DNA of 64,000 nucleotides from Chthoniobacterales bacterium (GTDB lineage Bacteria; Verrucomicrobiota; Verrucomicrobiia; Chthoniobacterales; UBA6821): NCBI GenBank assembly GCA_049314455.1, contig JBMOFC010000004.1, positions 1,653 to 65,652 of the forward strand, read 5' to 3'. Shown piece by piece: positions 54,374 to 64,000 of this stretch (position 1 is its first letter; each line of letters starts with the position of its first letter). The notes under the pieces were generated by a model. It saw only the letters and a program-made list of their open reading frames with translations, ran no database searches and was not told where the DNA came from. The position numbers and the translations under genes were made by a program.

Positions 54374-55528
54374 ATGAAACGAATTTTTTTGTCTCTCTTT
54401 CTCTTGTTGGTTTTTGGAATACAAAGTCATCTCCTTTCAGCTACAGAGGCCCCCACGATCACGGTTCGTAAGAGTGACACGCTCAATGTGGCTTTTTCTG
54501 GCATTAGTGGGACGGAAGGAACCGTGCTTTCTAAAATACTCGGGAACGATCTCACCTTAGCTGGTTGGTTTTCACTTCAGCCTGCGGATCGAGCCTCTTT
54601 TGTTATCAGCGCTGTTTCCACAACAGGCCTCCTGCAAGGAAAGGTGGTTGATCGTGCTGGCTCGATCGTTCTCTCGAAGAGCTATTCTGGCGATCCTCGC
54701 ACGACTGTGCATCAATTTTGTAATGACATTGTCGAGACACTCACGGGTCATCCTGGTATTGCCCTGAGTAAAATTGCGTTTGTCAGTACGCGCACAGGAC
54801 GCAAGGAAATTTATGTAGCTGATTATGATGGTTCGAACGGACGTCAAGTTACCCATGACAATGCAATTAGTGTTTCTCCGTCGCTGAGTCCCAATGGACG
54901 TCGCCTTGCCTACACCGGTTATCAAAGTGGTTATGCCGATATTTATCTCATCGATCTTCCCACTGGAGCACGCCTTCGATTAGTCAAATTCCCTGGGACA
55001 AACTCGGGCCCACGTTTTTCTCCTGATGGAAATCGTTTGGCCTGCACCCTGAGTAAAGATGGGAGCCCCGGCTTATACATTGTTGGCATTGGCGGAGGTG
55101 TTCAACGCCTCACGCGCACACGTGGCGCCGAGTCGTGTGGGACCTGGGGGCCTCATGGAGAGGAGCTCATCTATTCTTCCGATGTCAATGGTGGCCCACA
55201 GCTCTACCGCATCAGTGCCTCGGGAGGTCCAAGTCATCTTGTGCCGACAGGATTTGGGTATGCGACCGAGCCCAACTGGTCACCCAATGGAGAACGTGTT
55301 GCCTTCAATGTCCGCAGTGGAGGGGCTTTTGCAGTAGCTGTCTTAGATCTCAAATCAGGTGCAGCACACATTGTGGCTCAAGGAGAAAATCCTGTTTGGG
55401 GTCCTGACTCACAGCATCTCCTTTTTAGTACCAAGGATTCGCTGGTGCTCTTTGATGTACAGCATGGGAAGGGAATATCGATTGTGACAGGTCTGGGACA
55501 AGTAACGGAGCCTTCTTGGTCGAGGTAG
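54374..55528 (+). CDS. tolB: TolB-like periplasmic beta-propeller protein
   Basis: Signal peptide MKRIFLSLFLLLVFG..., a TolB N-terminal domain, then repeated propeller blades (SPSLSPNGRRLAYT, GPRFSPDGNRLA, EPNWSPNGERVAF). No tolQRA or pal is adjacent. Confidence 0.85.
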   Translation: MKRIFLSLFLLLVFGIQSHLLSATEAPTITVRKSDTLNVAFSGISGTEGTVLSKILGNDLTLAGWFSLQPADRASFVISAVSTTGLLQGKVVDRAGSIVLSKSYSGDPRTTVHQFCNDIVETLTGHPGIALSKIAFVSTRTGRKEIYVADYDGSNGRQVTHDNAISVSPSLSPNGRRLAYTGYQSGYADIYLIDLPTGARLRLVKFPGTNSGPRFSPDGNRLACTLSKDGSPGLYIVGIGGGVQRLTRTRGAESCGTWGPHGEELIYSSDVNGGPQLYRISASGGPSHLVPTGFGYATEPNWSPNGERVAFNVRSGGAFAVAVLDLKSGAAHIVAQGENPVWGPDSQHLLFSTKDSLVLFDVQHGKGISIVTGLGQVTEPSWSR

Positions 55529-55567
55529 GTTTATCCTTCACAGAAACGGATACAGTTGAAGTTATAT

Positions 55568-56797
55568 TCACTCTTTACCCATTACTTCTTCTCCTCTCCT
55601 CACTAATTTCTCACAACAGCGCCCTTGCAGGTAGTAGGAGAGTTCGGCAGGGGTTTCAATGTTCCAAAAAGCAAGGTCGGCATTTTTTCCAACTTCAAGA
55701 GAACCACATTTTTTTTCAAGACCGAGGGCTTGTGCGGCATGTAAGGTCACGCTGCGTAATGCCTCTTCGGGAGTGAAGCGCCATAAAACACAGGCTAGGT
55801 TCATGATGGTAGACAACGAATTTATCGGTGAGGTTCCTGGATTAAAATCGGTGGCAAGTGCGATAGGAACATGGTGGTTACGCAGGAGCTCGATTGGAGG
55901 AATCTGGGTTTCACGTAAAAAATAAAAGGCTCCGGGCAATAAGACAGCTACGGTTCCTGATTTTTTGAGGGCGATCACATCGACCTCTCTCATATACTCC
56001 AAGTGATCGGCAGAAAGTGCTCTGTAGCGGGCTGCTAGCGAAGAACCTCCGAGCCAAGAGAGCTGCTCAGCATGAATTTTTAGCTTAAAGCCAAGGCTCT
56101 GTGCTGCTTGAAAGATGGTTTCTGTTTCTTCTAGCGAGAAGGCGATTTTTTCACAAAAGACGTCGACAGCATGCGCTAGGTTTTCTTTTTTCACAATGGG
56201 CAAAAGCTCTTGAACCATCCATTGCACATAATCAGCACGTCGATCTTGATATTCTGGAGGAATCACATGGGCTGCGAGAGAGGTTGCTTGGATCGTTATT
56301 GGAAAATTTTCTGTGAGTTTTTGGACAACGCGCAATATTTTCAACTCACTTTCCAAATCAAGACCATAACCTGATTTGATTTCTAAGGTGGTAACCCCTT
56401 GTGTTATGGCATGGCGAACACGCTCTGAAGCGCTTTCTAAGAGGCTCTCCAAGGAAGCTTCTCGAGTTGCTCTCACACTGGATAAAATACCTCCACCGGA
56501 AGCCAAAATTGATTCATACGATTCTCCCTGCAGCTTGCGTGCAAATTCATCCGCACGTTGTCCCCCAAAAACCAAATGAGTATGGCAGTCGATCAGTCCT
56601 GGAGTCACCCAGGTTCCGCCTCCTTCAATCACTTCGTGAGCAAGCTGTGATGGGGAGCTCGGAAGATCGGCTTTTTTTCCAACCCAAACAATTTTTCCTT
56701 TGTGCACGCCAATGGCACCATCCGTAATGGCTCCATAGGGCACCTCACTAGGAGCAAGTGTTGCTAGATGAATATGGGTCCATAATTTATCCCACAT
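55568..56797 (-). CDS. hutI: Imidazolonepropionase
   Basis: Amidohydrolase fold with GLIDCHTHLVFGG, KIHAEQLS and ALATDFNPGTS, at HutI length. Confidence 0.9.
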   Translation of the reverse strand: MWDKLWTHIHLATLAPSEVPYGAITDGAIGVHKGKIVWVGKKADLPSSPSQLAHEVIEGGGTWVTPGLIDCHTHLVFGGQRADEFARKLQGESYESILASGGGILSSVRATREASLESLLESASERVRHAITQGVTTLEIKSGYGLDLESELKILRVVQKLTENFPITIQATSLAAHVIPPEYQDRRADYVQWMVQELLPIVKKENLAHAVDVFCEKIAFSLEETETIFQAAQSLGFKLKIHAEQLSWLGGSSLAARYRALSADHLEYMREVDVIALKKSGTVAVLLPGAFYFLRETQIPPIELLRNHHVPIALATDFNPGTSPINSLSTIMNLACVLWRFTPEEALRSVTLHAAQALGLEKKCGSLEVGKNADLAFWNIETPAELSYYLQGRCCEKLVRRGEEVMGKE

Positions 56798-56881
56798 AGC
56801 TTTTCAAGAAAGGAAGTATCAACATTTATGGATTTCTTAAGTGTCTCATTTCAGGTGAAGCATTGAATGGTTACTGCTGTT

Positions 56882-57904
56882 TCAATTTATAACTTTACCT
56901 GTCGCAAAGTGACTCAATACTTCTAAAACAAAGGAAGCTGCAAGCTTTGCTGTATGGCTATCTTGATCGTAGATAGGATTAAGCTCGGCAACATCAAAAC
57001 CAATGACCTTGCCACTTTCTAGAACTTGTCTAAAAAAGGGAAGTAGTGTGTGTGGAGAGAGTCCGAGCGCTTGTGGGGCGCTTACACCTGGAGCAAAGGC
57101 TGCTGCAAAGACATCTAGGCAAAGGGTCAAATAAATCTTTTTTGCGGAAGCCAACCATAAACCTAACGATTCATGAACACGATGAGGCTGATGAAGCATC
57201 TCTTCAGCCAAAATATGATAAGCCTTAATCGACTCTGCATACTCAAAAAGATCTGATGTATTGCTAAAAGGTTGAACCCCTAAACAGGCGTAGCGTGATC
57301 CTATGTTGTTTTCCTGACAATAATCATGAATTTGGCGAAAACTGCTTCCGGAAGAGCCCTTGTTATTGGGAAACAGGGGGCGCAAATCAAAGTGAGCATC
57401 AAAGTTGATAATATCCATGCTCGGTCTTTCTTGACTCTGAGATAAAGAGATCGGAATCGGTTTTGGGTAGGTTTTTATAAGACCTTGGAAATGGCCCCAT
57501 GAGAGTTCGTGGCCTCCTCCCAAGACGATCACAAAGGCTCCATGGGCTCTGAGTGCTCCAACCGTTTCTCCGAGTAGCTTCTGTGCTTGTTCTAGATTGT
57601 CATCACAACAGCAAATAGTCCCTGCATCCCATAAAGGAATAGTTGTTTTAAAACTCAATGGAAACTTTTTCAACGTATTACGCAAATGTCTTGGTCCATC
57701 AGCAGCTCCAAAACGCCCCAAATTGCGCTTTACTCCTTCATCACAGGAAAATCCAAGCAAAACAATGCTCTTATCAGGAAAAGGAGGCAGTGGGTGTGTA
57801 AGATCCAGAAGTTGGATCTGCTGAAATAAATTTTTTTGCAGTGTCTCTTCACGATCATACGAGACAGAAGGAGGTACGTAGGAATGAGGATGCAATAGGA
57901 TCAT
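56882..57904 (-). CDS. hutG: Formimidoylglutamase (arginase/ureohydrolase family)
   Basis: LGGGHELSWG, INFDAHFDLR and LCLDVFAAAFAPGVSAP metal-binding motifs. Located within the hut cluster. Confidence 0.85.
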   Translation of the reverse strand: MILLHPHSYVPPSVSYDREETLQKNLFQQIQLLDLTHPLPPFPDKSIVLLGFSCDEGVKRNLGRFGAADGPRHLRNTLKKFPLSFKTTIPLWDAGTICCCDDNLEQAQKLLGETVGALRAHGAFVIVLGGGHELSWGHFQGLIKTYPKPIPISLSQSQERPSMDIINFDAHFDLRPLFPNNKGSSGSSFRQIHDYCQENNIGSRYACLGVQPFSNTSDLFEYAESIKAYHILAEEMLHQPHRVHESLGLWLASAKKIYLTLCLDVFAAAFAPGVSAPQALGLSPHTLLPFFRQVLESGKVIGFDVAELNPIYDQDSHTAKLAASFVLEVLSHFATGKVIN

Positions 57905-57940
57905 GGAAAAAAGAAATATGTTTTAACTGTCTCTTTCTGT

Positions 57941-59482
57941 TTAAAAACAATCATGAAAAGTTGGCTTCTCATCTACCTCGAGTAAGACAGTTGCCACTCT
58001 TCCCCCTAAGACTGCTTGCTGCAGGGATTCTATTTCAGGTGATAAAACATGATCTGAGCTATCAAGTTGAATCAGCGGTTTTAACTGCTCAAGAAATTTT
58101 TCAAGACGCGGGCTTGTTTTGAGTGGTTGATGAAAAGAAACTGCGCGGGTTGTGGAGAGCAATTCGATAGCCGTCACATAGGCTGCATTTTCAAGCATTT
58201 CATGAAGACGTCGAGCACCATAAGTAGCCATACTCACATGATCTTCTTGGTTAGCCGAGGTTGGAATGCTATCAACACTTGCGGGGTGTGACAGTGATTT
58301 GTTTTCACTCACCATAGCTGCGGCAGTCACATGAGCAATCATGAGTCCTGAATGCAAACCACTATTAGCCACAAGAAATGGAGGGAGTCCACTGAAGTGA
58401 CGATCCATGAGGAGTGCAATCCGCCGTTCTGCAATCGAGGCTATTTCAGCAATGGCGAGCGCTAGATGATCTGCTGCAAAGGCCACCGGTTCAGCATGGA
58501 AATTTCCACCACTAATGATTTCTCCAGTTTCAGGAAGCACCAAGGGATTATCGGTGACGGCATTTGCTTCGAGGTGTAAAATTTTTGCAGCATACTGCAG
58601 CTGATCTAAACAGGCTCCCATGACGACCGCTTGGCAGCGCATGCTATAAGGGTCTTGGACCTTTCCGCAATTACGATGGCTTTCGGCAATGGGGCTGTTC
58701 TCCAATAATTCACGTAACCAAGCTGCTGCATATTGCTGACCTTGTTGGCGACGTAATTGTTGAATTATCGGATGAAAGGGAGAGCTGGAACCTTTAATAG
58801 CTTCAATGGCAAGCGCTCCAGAAACCAAGGTAGATCCTAAGAAACGCTCTGCTTTGAAAAGTGCTGCTAAGGCGAGCCCTGTGGAAACTTGAGTTCCATT
58901 AATGAGTGAAAGTCCCTCCTTAGGTCCAAGTTCATAGGGCTTCCAATCGAGCTGATCCAAGACTTCGTGAGCGGGAATTATTTTTCCTTGAAACCATGCA
59001 TCTCCTTCTCCAATCAGAACGCCTGCCAAATCAGCAAGTGGTGCTAAGTCTCCAGAAGCTCCTACCGAACCCTTTGCATGGAGACATGGAAAATAACCGC
59101 GATTAAAAAGTTCCAATAATTTTTCCACAAGTATCCATCGTATTCCTGAATAACCCGCAGAAAGTCCGACAATTTTAAGTGCTAACACCAATCGGCAAAT
59201 AGCTTCATCGAGATAAGCACCGACGCCTGCCTTGTGGGAACGAATAATGTTGAACTGCAATTCAGCGAGCTTATTGGATTCAATACGCGTATTTGCGAGA
59301 GCTCCAAATCCTGTGTTAATCCCATAAACCGTCTTGTCCTGTTGCATCGTTGCAGCCACCACGGCAGCAGAACGTTCTACGGCAACTCGAAGTTCAGGAG
59401 CAGTCTCAAGCGTGGAAGTTTCTAAATAAATGGAACGCAGTTCTGCAAGAGAGAGTCCAGCTTTGGTGATGGTGATTTTCAT
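57941..59482 (-). CDS. hutH: Histidine ammonia-lyase
   Basis: GSVGASGDLAPLA (the MIO-forming ASG), NGTQV and HSGLM. The ATG at 59482 is preferred. Confidence 0.95.
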   Translation of the reverse strand: MKITITKAGLSLAELRSIYLETSTLETAPELRVAVERSAAVVAATMQQDKTVYGINTGFGALANTRIESNKLAELQFNIIRSHKAGVGAYLDEAICRLVLALKIVGLSAGYSGIRWILVEKLLELFNRGYFPCLHAKGSVGASGDLAPLADLAGVLIGEGDAWFQGKIIPAHEVLDQLDWKPYELGPKEGLSLINGTQVSTGLALAALFKAERFLGSTLVSGALAIEAIKGSSSPFHPIIQQLRRQQGQQYAAAWLRELLENSPIAESHRNCGKVQDPYSMRCQAVVMGACLDQLQYAAKILHLEANAVTDNPLVLPETGEIISGGNFHAEPVAFAADHLALAIAEIASIAERRIALLMDRHFSGLPPFLVANSGLHSGLMIAHVTAAAMVSENKSLSHPASVDSIPTSANQEDHVSMATYGARRLHEMLENAAYVTAIELLSTTRAVSFHQPLKTSPRLEKFLEQLKPLIQLDSSDHVLSPEIESLQQAVLGGRVATVLLEVDEKPTFHDCF

Positions 59483-59710
59483 AAGAAGGCTCAAGGCGGA
59501 AGGTGGAAAATTTAATCGAACATTCAATTCATAAATTCATCAGTGATTCAACCTAACAGCGTGAATCAAATGGGAAATATGAGGCAAAGACTGATTCTAC
59601 GGTTATTTTTTAACAAGAGTGTAGCGTACCTGGATGGTGCAAGCGATTTGAAAAAGCAAGCTGAGGCCACGTACATTGCGTCAGATTTAGCCTTTCGCCT
59701 TCGGGGCTTC

Positions 59711-61375
59711 TTAGTCAATCATCGGAAGGTTTAACCCATTTTCTTTTGCACATTCAATCGCTTCAGGATACCCAGCATCGGCATGGCGCATCACACCTGT
59801 TCCAGGGTCGTTCCAAAGCACACGTGCGAGGCGTTTTTCTGCAGCATCGGTTCCATCGGCAACGATGACTAGACCGGCATGTTGAGAATACCCCATGCCA
59901 ACACCTCCTCCATGATGGAGGCTGACCCAGGTAGCACCACCAGCAGTACTAAGCAAGGCATTGAGGAGTGGCCAGTCAGAAACTGCATCCGAACCATCGC
60001 TCATACTTTCTGTTTCACGATTGGGGCTGGCGACTGAACCAGAATCTAAATGATCCCGACCAATGACAATGGGGGCTTTGAGTTCTCCTGAAGCCACCAT
60101 TTTGTTGAAAGCCACACCGAGACGAGCGCGATCTTTTAATCCCACCCAACAAATGCGTGCTGGCAATCCTTGAAATTGAATCCGCTCGCGAGCCATATCA
60201 AGCCAGTGATGGAGGTGAGGGTCATTAGGAATAAGCTCTTTCACTTTTGCATCTGTTTTATAGATATCCTCGGGATCTCCCGAAAGAGCCACCCAACGGA
60301 ATGGACCTACACCCTTGCAGAAGAGGGGTCTGATATAGGCTGGGACAAACCCAGGATAGTCAAAAGCATTTTTAACTCCTTCATGGAGAGCTACTTCACG
60401 GATGTTATTGCCATAGTCAAAAGTAGGGATGCCTTGATGGTGAAAGGCAAGCATGGCTTCCACATGGCGTGCCATCGATTTTTTGGATGCGGCAATGAGT
60501 TTTTCTGGGTCTGACTGACGACATTCAATGGCTTCTTCTAAACTCCAACCAGCAGGCAAATAACCGTTTAAAGGATCGTGAGCACTTGTTTGATCGGTGA
60601 CCATACTTGGTTTGATGCCGCGCTTCACCAACTCTGGAAGCACTTCTGCAGCATTTCCGAGTAGTGCCACAGAGAGTGGTTTCTTTTCCTGACAAGAACG
60701 TTCTATGAGAGCAAGCGCTTCCTCGAGACGCGTGGCTACCTTATCCACAAATCCTTTGGACAATCGTTTTTCAATATGCGCGGGATCACACTCAATAGCT
60801 AACACAGAAGCTCCAGCCATTGTTCCAGCAAGTGGCTGAGCTCCTCCCATCCCACCGAGACCTGCAGTGAGGATCCATTTTCCTGATAAGTCTCCTCCAA
60901 AATGTTTTTTTCCTGCTTCCACAAAAGTTTCATAGGTTCCTTGAATAATTCCTTGTGTTCCTATGTAAATCCAAGATCCTGCCGTCATCTGACCATACAT
61001 CATAAGGCCCAGTTTATCTAATTTATGAAAATATTCCCAAGTAGCCCAATGTGGCACGAGGTTAGAATTAGCAATGAGTACTCGCGGTGCATCGGTATGT
61101 GTTTTAAAAACAGCAACAGGCTTACCCGATTGAATCAAAAGCGTTTGGTCGGTTTCTAGTTGCTTTAATGTCTCAACAATACGATCAAAACATTCCCAAG
61201 TACGTGCTGCTTTACCAATGCCACCGTAAACCACTAAATCTTCTGGTCGTTCTGCGACCTCGGGATCCAAATTATTCATGAGCATCCTCAAAGGAGCCTC
61301 CGTTAACCAGCTTTTTGCTGAGAGGGTAGTTCCGCGTGGAGCACGTATGATGCGAGGAGAAGTTTGGGTGTTCAT
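59711..61375 (-). CDS. hutU: Urocanate hydratase
   Basis: Full-length 554 aa with [19 protein letters not shown] and [13 protein letters not shown] ([10 protein letters not shown]) motifs. Confidence 0.95.
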   Translation of the reverse strand: MNTQTSPRIIRAPRGTTLSAKSWLTEAPLRMLMNNLDPEVAERPEDLVVYGGIGKAARTWECFDRIVETLKQLETDQTLLIQSGKPVAVFKTHTDAPRVLIANSNLVPHWATWEYFHKLDKLGLMMYGQMTAGSWIYIGTQGIIQGTYETFVEAGKKHFGGDLSGKWILTAGLGGMGGAQPLAGTMAGASVLAIECDPAHIEKRLSKGFVDKVATRLEEALALIERSCQEKKPLSVALLGNAAEVLPELVKRGIKPSMVTDQTSAHDPLNGYLPAGWSLEEAIECRQSDPEKLIAASKKSMARHVEAMLAFHHQGIPTFDYGNNIREVALHEGVKNAFDYPGFVPAYIRPLFCKGVGPFRWVALSGDPEDIYKTDAKVKELIPNDPHLHHWLDMARERIQFQGLPARICWVGLKDRARLGVAFNKMVASGELKAPIVIGRDHLDSGSVASPNRETESMSDGSDAVSDWPLLNALLSTAGGATWVSLHHGGGVGMGYSQHAGLVIVADGTDAAEKRLARVLWNDPGTGVMRHADAGYPEAIECAKENGLNLPMID

Positions 61376-61390
61376 AGATGATTCATGTAT

Positions 61391-62845
61391 TTAAGCCGTC
61401 TTAACATGATGTCTTGTTCGATATTTTCTCCAGATAATGCGTAAGAGTAATAAGGCAAGCAAAACAAAAGCAATACGAGTCACTTGGGAATAAGCAGCAT
61501 GATAGGTTAAGGCTGTGGCTTTGCTTGTAGCTGGATCAACAGTCATTTTAGAAATCCAGATCGATAAATAATTTCCAATGGCTCCAATGAATAAAAAGTA
61601 GATCGCCACTAAGCGACCTTCAGTATCGTGTGGAGCGATGTCACCCCATGTAGCTAACATGACGGGTTCGGTAAAAAGCTCTGCCACCCCAAGCAATACA
61701 ATACTAAGGACAGGGAGTAGCATCGAAATGGGAGTGTTTTCATGAACTAAGGTTGTTGCATAAGTAATGGTGATAAAACCGAGTACCAATAACAGCAAAG
61801 CAATGCTTATTTTGGTGTCGGTTTGAGGACGAATATGACGCTGTCCCAACCACCGCCATAAGAAAGCCATGAATACTCCAGCAATCAAAATGCTCCCGGC
61901 ATTCAGCGATTGAAACATTCCTGTAGGGATAGTGAACCCTGCAATCGTGCGATCCACATAGCGCAAAATAAAAAGCGGATACGAGCTGGAAACTTGATTG
62001 CTGAAAATCCAAAAAGAAGTCACAAAAGCGGTGAGCAGTGCCATCATGACAAGCCCTTTTCTATGTGCAGGAGTCGCACTTCTATAAATTTTTGCAGAGA
62101 TAGCGAGTGCGATCATAACCGCAACCATCAATAAATAGGCTACCCAATCATGACTCAACATCTCATAGAAAAATAAAAAAGAGATGAAAAGAATTCCGAC
62201 AGTTAAGAGGGCTTTTTTAGAAGGAGAAAGCATTCTCCATCGTTCTGTTTTTTCTGTCTGATGTTCCCAGGAGAAGTAGCGGTTGGAATAGAGAAAAATT
62301 AAAAATCCTAACATCATTCCGAAAGCTGCCATGATGAAACCGGCTTCCCAGCTTACTTTTTCTACTAAATAAGGGCACACAATGCTTGCGGTCATGGAAC
62401 CAATATTTCCGGCAACATAGTACCATGAAAAAGCAGAAGTAGCACCTACAGGATCATGTAGGTAACAACTGCTAATGAGGCAAACAGCATTGCTCTTAAA
62501 AAACCCGATCCCCATTGTTAAAAGTGATAATCCAATAAAGACATTCTGCCCGCACGCTGTCAACATGAGGTGTCCTAAGATAATTAAAATGGACCCTGTA
62601 GCCGTTGCATATCGATATCCACAATAGCGATCGGCTAGCCATCCTCCTAGAATTGGGGTAATAAAAACAAGAGAGATAAAACTTCCAAAAAGTTGATATG
62701 CTGCCGCATCAGAAAAGTGGAGCTGACCTGTAAAGTAGAGGACTAAAATAGCCTTCAATCCATAAAAACTGAAAAATTCCCAAAGGATCACAGCGATAAT
62801 ACATAAGGCTGCTTTTTGTTGTGTTTTTTTTAATACTGTAGACAT
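61391..62845 (-). CDS. Proton-dependent oligopeptide transporter (POT/PTR2 family)
   Basis: EFFSFYGLKAILVLYF and GGWLADRYCGYR PTR2 signatures. About 14 TM helices. Confidence 0.9.
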   Translation of the reverse strand: MSTVLKKTQQKAALCIIAVILWEFFSFYGLKAILVLYFTGQLHFSDAAAYQLFGSFISLVFITPILGGWLADRYCGYRYATATGSILIILGHLMLTACGQNVFIGLSLLTMGIGFFKSNAVCLISSCYLHDPVGATSAFSWYYVAGNIGSMTASIVCPYLVEKVSWEAGFIMAAFGMMLGFLIFLYSNRYFSWEHQTEKTERWRMLSPSKKALLTVGILFISFLFFYEMLSHDWVAYLLMVAVMIALAISAKIYRSATPAHRKGLVMMALLTAFVTSFWIFSNQVSSSYPLFILRYVDRTIAGFTIPTGMFQSLNAGSILIAGVFMAFLWRWLGQRHIRPQTDTKISIALLLLVLGFITITYATTLVHENTPISMLLPVLSIVLLGVAELFTEPVMLATWGDIAPHDTEGRLVAIYFLFIGAIGNYLSIWISKMTVDPATSKATALTYHAAYSQVTRIAFVLLALLLLRIIWRKYRTRHHVKTA

Positions 62846-62929
62846 TAATAAAATAATAAAATTTTGGTAACTACTCAGGAGTCTTAGGAAAATAAGATAA
62901 CTCAGTTAGTAATCATTACCGAGTTCCTT

Positions 62930-63061
62930 GTTTAGGGGTTGAGGAGTTTAGGGGACAATTCTTGAAATCATGAATACAATACACAACGCGATCTTGAGAA
63001 GCCTTTATTCAAGCAAGCTGCGTAGCAGCTTCTAGGACATCCCCTAAACCTCTAAACCTGG
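62930..63061. repeat. Inverted pair of TTTAGGGG doublet words
   Basis: gtttaggggttgaggagtttaggggac (62930-62956) faces gacatcccctaaacctctaaacctgg (63035-63061), with a ~78-nt spacer. Confidence 0.7.
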
Positions 63062-63100
63062 AAATAGACGATAATAACACATTGAGATAGCTTGTTTTCT

Positions 63101-63629
63101 TTAGATACCTGAGCTGTTACAAATTTTGTTTTCTTTGACCTTCTTCCAATGCTCATGCAGGGCATCAATGATGAATGGCAATGCAACGCTAGAGATAATG
63201 CCGATAAACATCGTAAGCTCATAGGTTTTTAAACTGCCAACAGCAATTTGGCTTGGAGGTAAGAAACCAATTCCAATCGTAAAGATACAGCTCAAAGAAC
63301 CAATGATGCAAACAAACCATAACCCCATTTTTCCTCCAGGAATCACAAAAGCACGTTTCACTTCTGGATATTTATAACGAAGCTGTATGGCGTCAGCAAA
63401 CATTGCGACATAGAAGAGTAATAATAAGATAGAAGTAATGTTGGTTAGGACCCAGGACCCGCTTGTCACGGTTAGCATTAGTAAAAAGACGGAACAGAGT
63501 ACCGTAAAAATGCACCCCTGGACAACAAGAATAGTAACAGGAATGCCATGTTTATTTTTGTATCCCAATATTCAGGGCAAACATCCCGTCATGGCATGCT
63601 GCCAATAGACTTTTACTGGGGGTCCTAGT
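63101..63629 (-). pseudogene. C-terminal remnant of an APC-family amino acid antiporter (GadC-like)
   Basis: GYKNKHGIPVTILVVQG...RAFVIPGGKMGLWFVCIIG...FLPPSQI is collinear with the last ~160 aa of GadC-type antiporters. An upstream piece (...SKSLLAACHDGMFALNIG) is in another frame, and the gene body ends abruptly at the MITE at 63630. Confidence 0.65.
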
Positions 63630-63870
63630 AGCATTTTAAAAAATTCTGTAGCCGCGCCTTGTGGTGTCACTCCGAACGTCATCCCCGCGAAGGCGGGGAT
63701 CGCGTTCTCGAGTATCGCTGGCTACACTGCGGGTCTGCGCTCCTCGTTTGACTCGCTTTGCGAAGCTCACCTCGCCCTTGCTGAGCTGCCTAACGGCAGT
63801 CTGCCCGACCAACTCCCGTCGGGTCGTGTTCTGACAATGCACCCAACTACAGAATTGTTTAACACGCTCT
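63630..63870. mobile_element. MITE family 2 copy (uninterrupted reference copy)
   Basis: TIRs (T)AGCATTTTAAAAAATTCTGTAG and CTACAGAATTGTTTAACACGCTCT. It contains the gtcatccccgcgaaggcggggatc hairpin and aligns with the 7394-7885 flanks. The track ORF 63636-63911 is spurious. Confidence 0.85.
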
Positions 63871-63934
63871 AAATCAGCAACGATATTGAGTTGCTTTTGA
63901 AGAATGACCAAAGCAATAGAGAGTGAAAAAATTT

Positions 63935-63968
63935 CAGTACTTCTAAAGCGTCCATTTCAATTTAATCT
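63935..63968. repeat. Partial right end of MITE family 3
   Basis: cagtacttctaaagcgtccatttcaatttaat resembles ctgcacttctaatacgcccttttcaatttaat at 11818-11850. Confidence 0.5.
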
Positions 63969-64000
63969 AAAAAACTGAATCGAAATGGGAAATATGGCAT

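Noticed and set aside
59555..59590. The sequence aatcaaatgggaaatatgaggca recurs at 63975-64000 and might be the end of a further repeat family
   Set aside because: Only about 24 nt are shared and the second copy is cut by the window edge. This is insufficient to define an element, so it is noted only inside the hut finding.
1..64000. Search for rRNA, tRNA, tmRNA, RNase P or SRP RNA genes, including in the structured insert at 7469-7719
   Set aside because: I could not find T-loop/acceptor patterns, tmRNA tag frames or the conserved RNase P/SRP core motifs by eye. A covariance-model scan would still be needed to exclude them formally.

Overview
This is a gene-dense bacterial chromosomal window. 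By gene content it resembles a host- or protist-associated bacterium, possibly of the PVC/Verrucomicrobia-Chlamydiae type, but I cannot assign taxonomy from sequence alone.

The housekeeping backbone comprises:
- msrA, gatB, rng and the rod-shape cluster mreB-mreC-mreD-mrdA
- a PqiB/MCE-like protein, tadA, panD and purD
- a complete MoxR-DUF58-BatA-BatB/C-BatD-BatE aerotolerance-type operon
- rsmE, brnQ, phoH plus a 7TM-HD (PgpH-like) gene
- the heptose genes (hldE kinase domain, gmhB), mnmE, hicAB, mpl, a cysJ-like FNR module and tolB
- a hutU-hutH-hutG-hutI histidine utilisation cluster with a POT peptide transporter

A+T-richer accessory genes with eukaryote-like signatures are interleaved with this backbone:
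- A tandem pair of USP/UBP-type (Cys-box/His-box) deubiquitinase-like genes. Both are interrupted by in-frame stops, and one also by an A7 frameshift.
- A protein with clear type-II PI4-kinase motifs, translationally coupled to an exported protein.
- An Inc-like hypothetical protein.
- An FGE-sulfatase-domain gene carrying TGA at a conserved Trp position.

The intergenic space is saturated with at least four MITE-like inverted-repeat families, some nested inside each other and some abutting stop codons. It also holds a 30-nt GTTGAAG element, tandem heptamer 'doublet' words and a CCCGTTC/GAACGGG hairpin family. I saw no rRNA, tRNA, CRISPR array, transposase or integrase.
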